Shown here: piece after piece, positions 22,962 to 25,274 of the stretch
How positions within the stretch are numbered: position 1 is the stretch's first letter
How the letters are laid out: each line of letters starts with the position of its first letter
DNA from: a virus
Taxonomy: Duplodnaviria; Caudoviricetes
Length of the DNA: 25,274 nucleotides
IMG/VR virus record: IMGVR_UViG_3300025872_000280
Span: 1 to 25,274 of that record
Strand: one strand, 5' to 3'
Position numbers and translations under genes: made by a program
Notes under the pieces: generated by a model
Seen by the model: the letters and a program-made list of their open reading frames with translations, nothing else
What the model was told of the DNA's origin: nothing
The model's database searches: none

Positions 22962-23155
22962 TTGGCCCCCGCGTCCTCGCTGGAGACATTGTTGTCCCGA
23001 GCGAAGATCAAGCCGATTCCCGCCATGATTGCGCTTGCCGTCACGGCGACATCGAGCGTGGTATTCGGGTCGTTGTCGAAGAGTGCGGTGAGAGCGGCCC
23101 CGACTGCGGTCAGGACTGCCGCGATTCCTGTCACTGTGGTCTTCCAAGACTTCAT
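22958..23155 (-). CDS. Two-TM small membrane protein, putative class II holin (65 aa)
   Basis: MKSWKTT..G start, two hydrophobic segments separated by DNDPNT, charged C-terminus, and a strong TAAGGAG RBS. Confidence 0.75.
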   Translation of the reverse strand: MKSWKTTVTGIAAVLTAVGAALTALFDNDPNTTLDVAVTASAIMAGIGLIFARDNNVSSEDAGAK

Positions 23156-23164
23156 CTGTGCTCC

Positions 23165-23923
23165 TTATCGGGAAGTGGTGGTGAGGATGTTGCTGTTCTT
23201 GAGACGGTTCTCGACATCGCGTCGATACGCCGGATCCTTGTGGTAACGGGGATCCTTCATGGCTGCGGTGAGCTCCGCTACGCTTCGGAACGCTCCACCG
23301 GAAGGCCCGATGGTGTCTCCTTGGATGAGCTTGGCCGGGGATCCAGAGCTTTGGGAGAAGCGGGCCTGAAGTCCACGGACGGCCATCTGCATGGCTGCTG
23401 GATTTCCCTGCTCCATGATGTTGTTGAAAGCCTCGATCTCGTTCTCCTCCAGAGACTCTGAAGCCCACTCCAGCATGGAGTTGTACTTGTCCTCTCCTCC
23501 GGCAATCGAGTAGATCTGCTGGGTCTGCTTCTCCGTGATGGCGTTGAGTCCATCGAGGTAGTTGCGGACCACATTCTCCGGGATGCCGTTGGCGGAAAGC
23601 TTGGCGATGCTCTCCTCACTCAGGGTTCCATTCTCGGAATACTCCTTGGAGAACTCGTCAAAGTTCAGGGTCCCCTGAGGAGCCGCTTCGGCTTGAGGGA
23701 TCGTCTTGGGCTTCTCCGCAGGGGTAGAGAAACGCTTTTCCAGCTCGGAGTATGCCTTGGCTAGATCCTCAGGGGACTTGAACTTCTCGGGAAGCCAGTT
23801 AGGACGCTCATCGGATGCCTGAGCGGGATCCTGAACTTCCTGCTGCTCTGCCTGAATCGCCTGTTCCATGGCGGTATCGGGAGGATTTTCCTTCGTGATG
23901 GTGATTGACTGGTGGTTGCTCAT
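23165..23923 (-). CDS. gp9: Capsid assembly scaffold protein (T7 gp9-like)
   Basis: Acidic; RP.WLPEKFKSPEDLAKAYSELEK, AGGE..Y..M.EWA, and C-terminal AMKDPRY.KDPAYR..VE.RL motifs. Confidence 0.95.
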   Translation of the reverse strand: MSNHQSITITKENPPDTAMEQAIQAEQQEVQDPAQASDERPNWLPEKFKSPEDLAKAYSELEKRFSTPAEKPKTIPQAEAAPQGTLNFDEFSKEYSENGTLSEESIAKLSANGIPENVVRNYLDGLNAITEKQTQQIYSIAGGEDKYNSMLEWASESLEENEIEAFNNIMEQGNPAAMQMAVRGLQARFSQSSGSPAKLIQGDTIGPSGGAFRSVAELTAAMKDPRYHKDPAYRRDVENRLKNSNILTTTSR

Positions 23924-25274
23924 CGTGCGTTCTTCATGTTGGCCTGTAGGATCTTACCTCCCTCGGCCATGGCTTGGTTTCCATGCTGTGCAAGAAGCTG
24001 CATCTGCATGGCTTGCTGCTGCTCGATCTGGAGCTGCTCTTCGGACTTTACCAGACCCGCCGTTTCGATTCCAAGAGAAGCAGCGCGTCTGTTGAGATAT
24101 TCGCGGACATCGATGTACTGCTGGATCATCTGAGGACCAAGGATCTGACCGATGCCCTGAAGGTAGATGTCGAGCCTGTTGAGGTCGTTGCCTCGTCCAA
24201 GGGCGTCGATTCCCGTCACAATCGTAGGCGTGACGAAGTCCTTGGGAAGCTTCGGCATCCTCTTGCTCTTGGTCAGGCGGTCGATGACACGGCCAACGAG
24301 CGGAAGCTGGAACTCCTGAGAGAGGATGGAGTAGATGCCTCCCAGCTGGCGCTCGATGCTTTGGGTGACCAGACGGACTTCCTCGGCGGTGACGCGGTCT
24401 GCGTTCCTGATGGTCGCCTCGGTCAGCAGGAAGGCGTAGCTCAGGCGCTCCGAGATCCCCTGAGCCGTGGCTAGGGCGACCTGAAGATCGGCTCCCTTGT
24501 TGGCCTGAAGCACGGTCACATCGGCTGCATTGCCCTCCCGGATGGCTCCATTGGGCGCCTGAGCCAAAGTCTTGGCACGGGTGGTTCCGGTCGGGTTGAC
24601 GAGGAAGAGAAGCTTGGCGGAAGCCGCAGCGGCCTCCACGATGCTCTTGGACAGACTCTCCAGAGAGATCAGGTCGCCAAGGTATTGCTCGACATAGGAA
24701 CGACCGTAGTCCTCCCCGTCGATGCGGTTCATCCGCAGGGCTAGGAACGGACTCTGCTCAATCGGGTAGGTCCCGTAGGAGTCTGGGATGATCTCTCCCT
24801 CGACCTCTTGGTAGATCTCGACACGGTCGCCCATGCGATGACAACAGGTGTAGATGTCCACCGTGTTGTCATGGTTGCACATACAGGACTTGACGAAGGG
24901 CTGGATCTCCTCGGGAAGAACGGCTGGAGCAACCGTCTCCTTGATGATGATCTTCTTCGCGTTGCCCATCGGGTCACGCTTGACCACGAAGCGGTCCAGC
25001 TTGATCACCCGCATGGGGCCATCGTCGGGGAAGTACAGGACAACCGAGCCGCAGACGATCAGCTGCTTGATGGCCTCGAACAAGTTGCTGCGGATTCCCT
25101 GAGACTCGATCTCCCGCTGAACACGGCGCTCAAGCTCCGACAGGCTGGCGTCAACCTCAGCCTTGGCGTTTGGAGACATGGCCATGAGCCTGTTCTGAGC
25201 CTTCGCATCAAGAACGAAGCGAAAGAACGGGGCGTTCGGTGGAAGGAGTGACAGGAGAAGGGCAGAAGCCAGAT
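23920..25274 (-). CDS. gp8: Portal / head-tail connector (T7 gp8-like), 5'-truncated by the window edge
   Basis: The frame stays open beyond the ORF-track start to the edge (LASALLLSLLPPNAPFFRF). Contains GEDYGRSYVEQYLGDL.SLE.L, RVTAEEVR, LGGIYSILSQEFQLP and TG.DALGRG.DL. Confidence 0.96.
   Translation of the reverse strand, partial: LASALLLSLLPPNAPFFRFVLDAKAQNRLMAMSPNAKAEVDASLSELERRVQREIESQGIRSNLFEAIKQLIVCGSVVLYFPDDGPMRVIKLDRFVVKRDPMGNAKKIIIKETVAPAVLPEEIQPFVKSCMCNHDNTVDIYTCCHRMGDRVEIYQEVEGEIIPDSYGTYPIEQSPFLALRMNRIDGEDYGRSYVEQYLGDLISLESLSKSIVEAAAASAKLLFLVNPTGTTRAKTLAQAPNGAIREGNAADVTVLQANKGADLQVALATAQGISERLSYAFLLTEATIRNADRVTAEEVRLVTQSIERQLGGIYSILSQEFQLPLVGRVIDRLTKSKRMPKLPKDFVTPTIVTGIDALGRGNDLNRLDIYLQGIGQILGPQMIQQYIDVREYLNRRAASLGIETAGLVKSEEQLQIEQQQAMQMQLLAQHGNQAMAEGGKILQANMKNAR

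Noticed and set aside
22962-23468. 5' part of ORF 22719..23468
   Set aside because: Off-frame overlap with the scaffold and holin genes; only the part from GTG 22961 is plausible.
2402-25274. Repeated phage-RNAP (T7-type) promoters
   Set aside because: No recurring ~20-bp motif found by eye in the short intergenic gaps. A motif search on the full genome is needed, so absence is not established.

Overview
About 25 kb of a T7-like podovirus (Autographiviridae-type) genome, with every credible gene on the minus strand. Read from right to left it holds: portal (truncated by the window edge), scaffold, a three-gene holin/spanin-like cassette in an unusual position, major capsid with a structured leader and a T-phi-like terminator, tail tubular proteins A and B, and four internal virion proteins (gp13-gp16-like). 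These are followed by a gp17-like tail fibre plus four more fibre or adhesin-like genes, small and large terminase, and five small genes. Next comes a non-coding stretch that matches the T7 genome-end signature, then what looks like the first early gene, bracketed by a palindromic direct repeat with its own promoter and terminator. The window therefore probably crosses the right-end/left-end junction of a circularised or concatemeric assembly. The strongest unexplained signal is a lysine desert in the 1749-aa gp16-like ejection protein: 952 consecutive residues with no Lys, and only 2 Lys in 1285 residues. The neighbouring gp15-like protein is Lys-rich. All family assignments come from motif recognition and synteny; no database searches were run.
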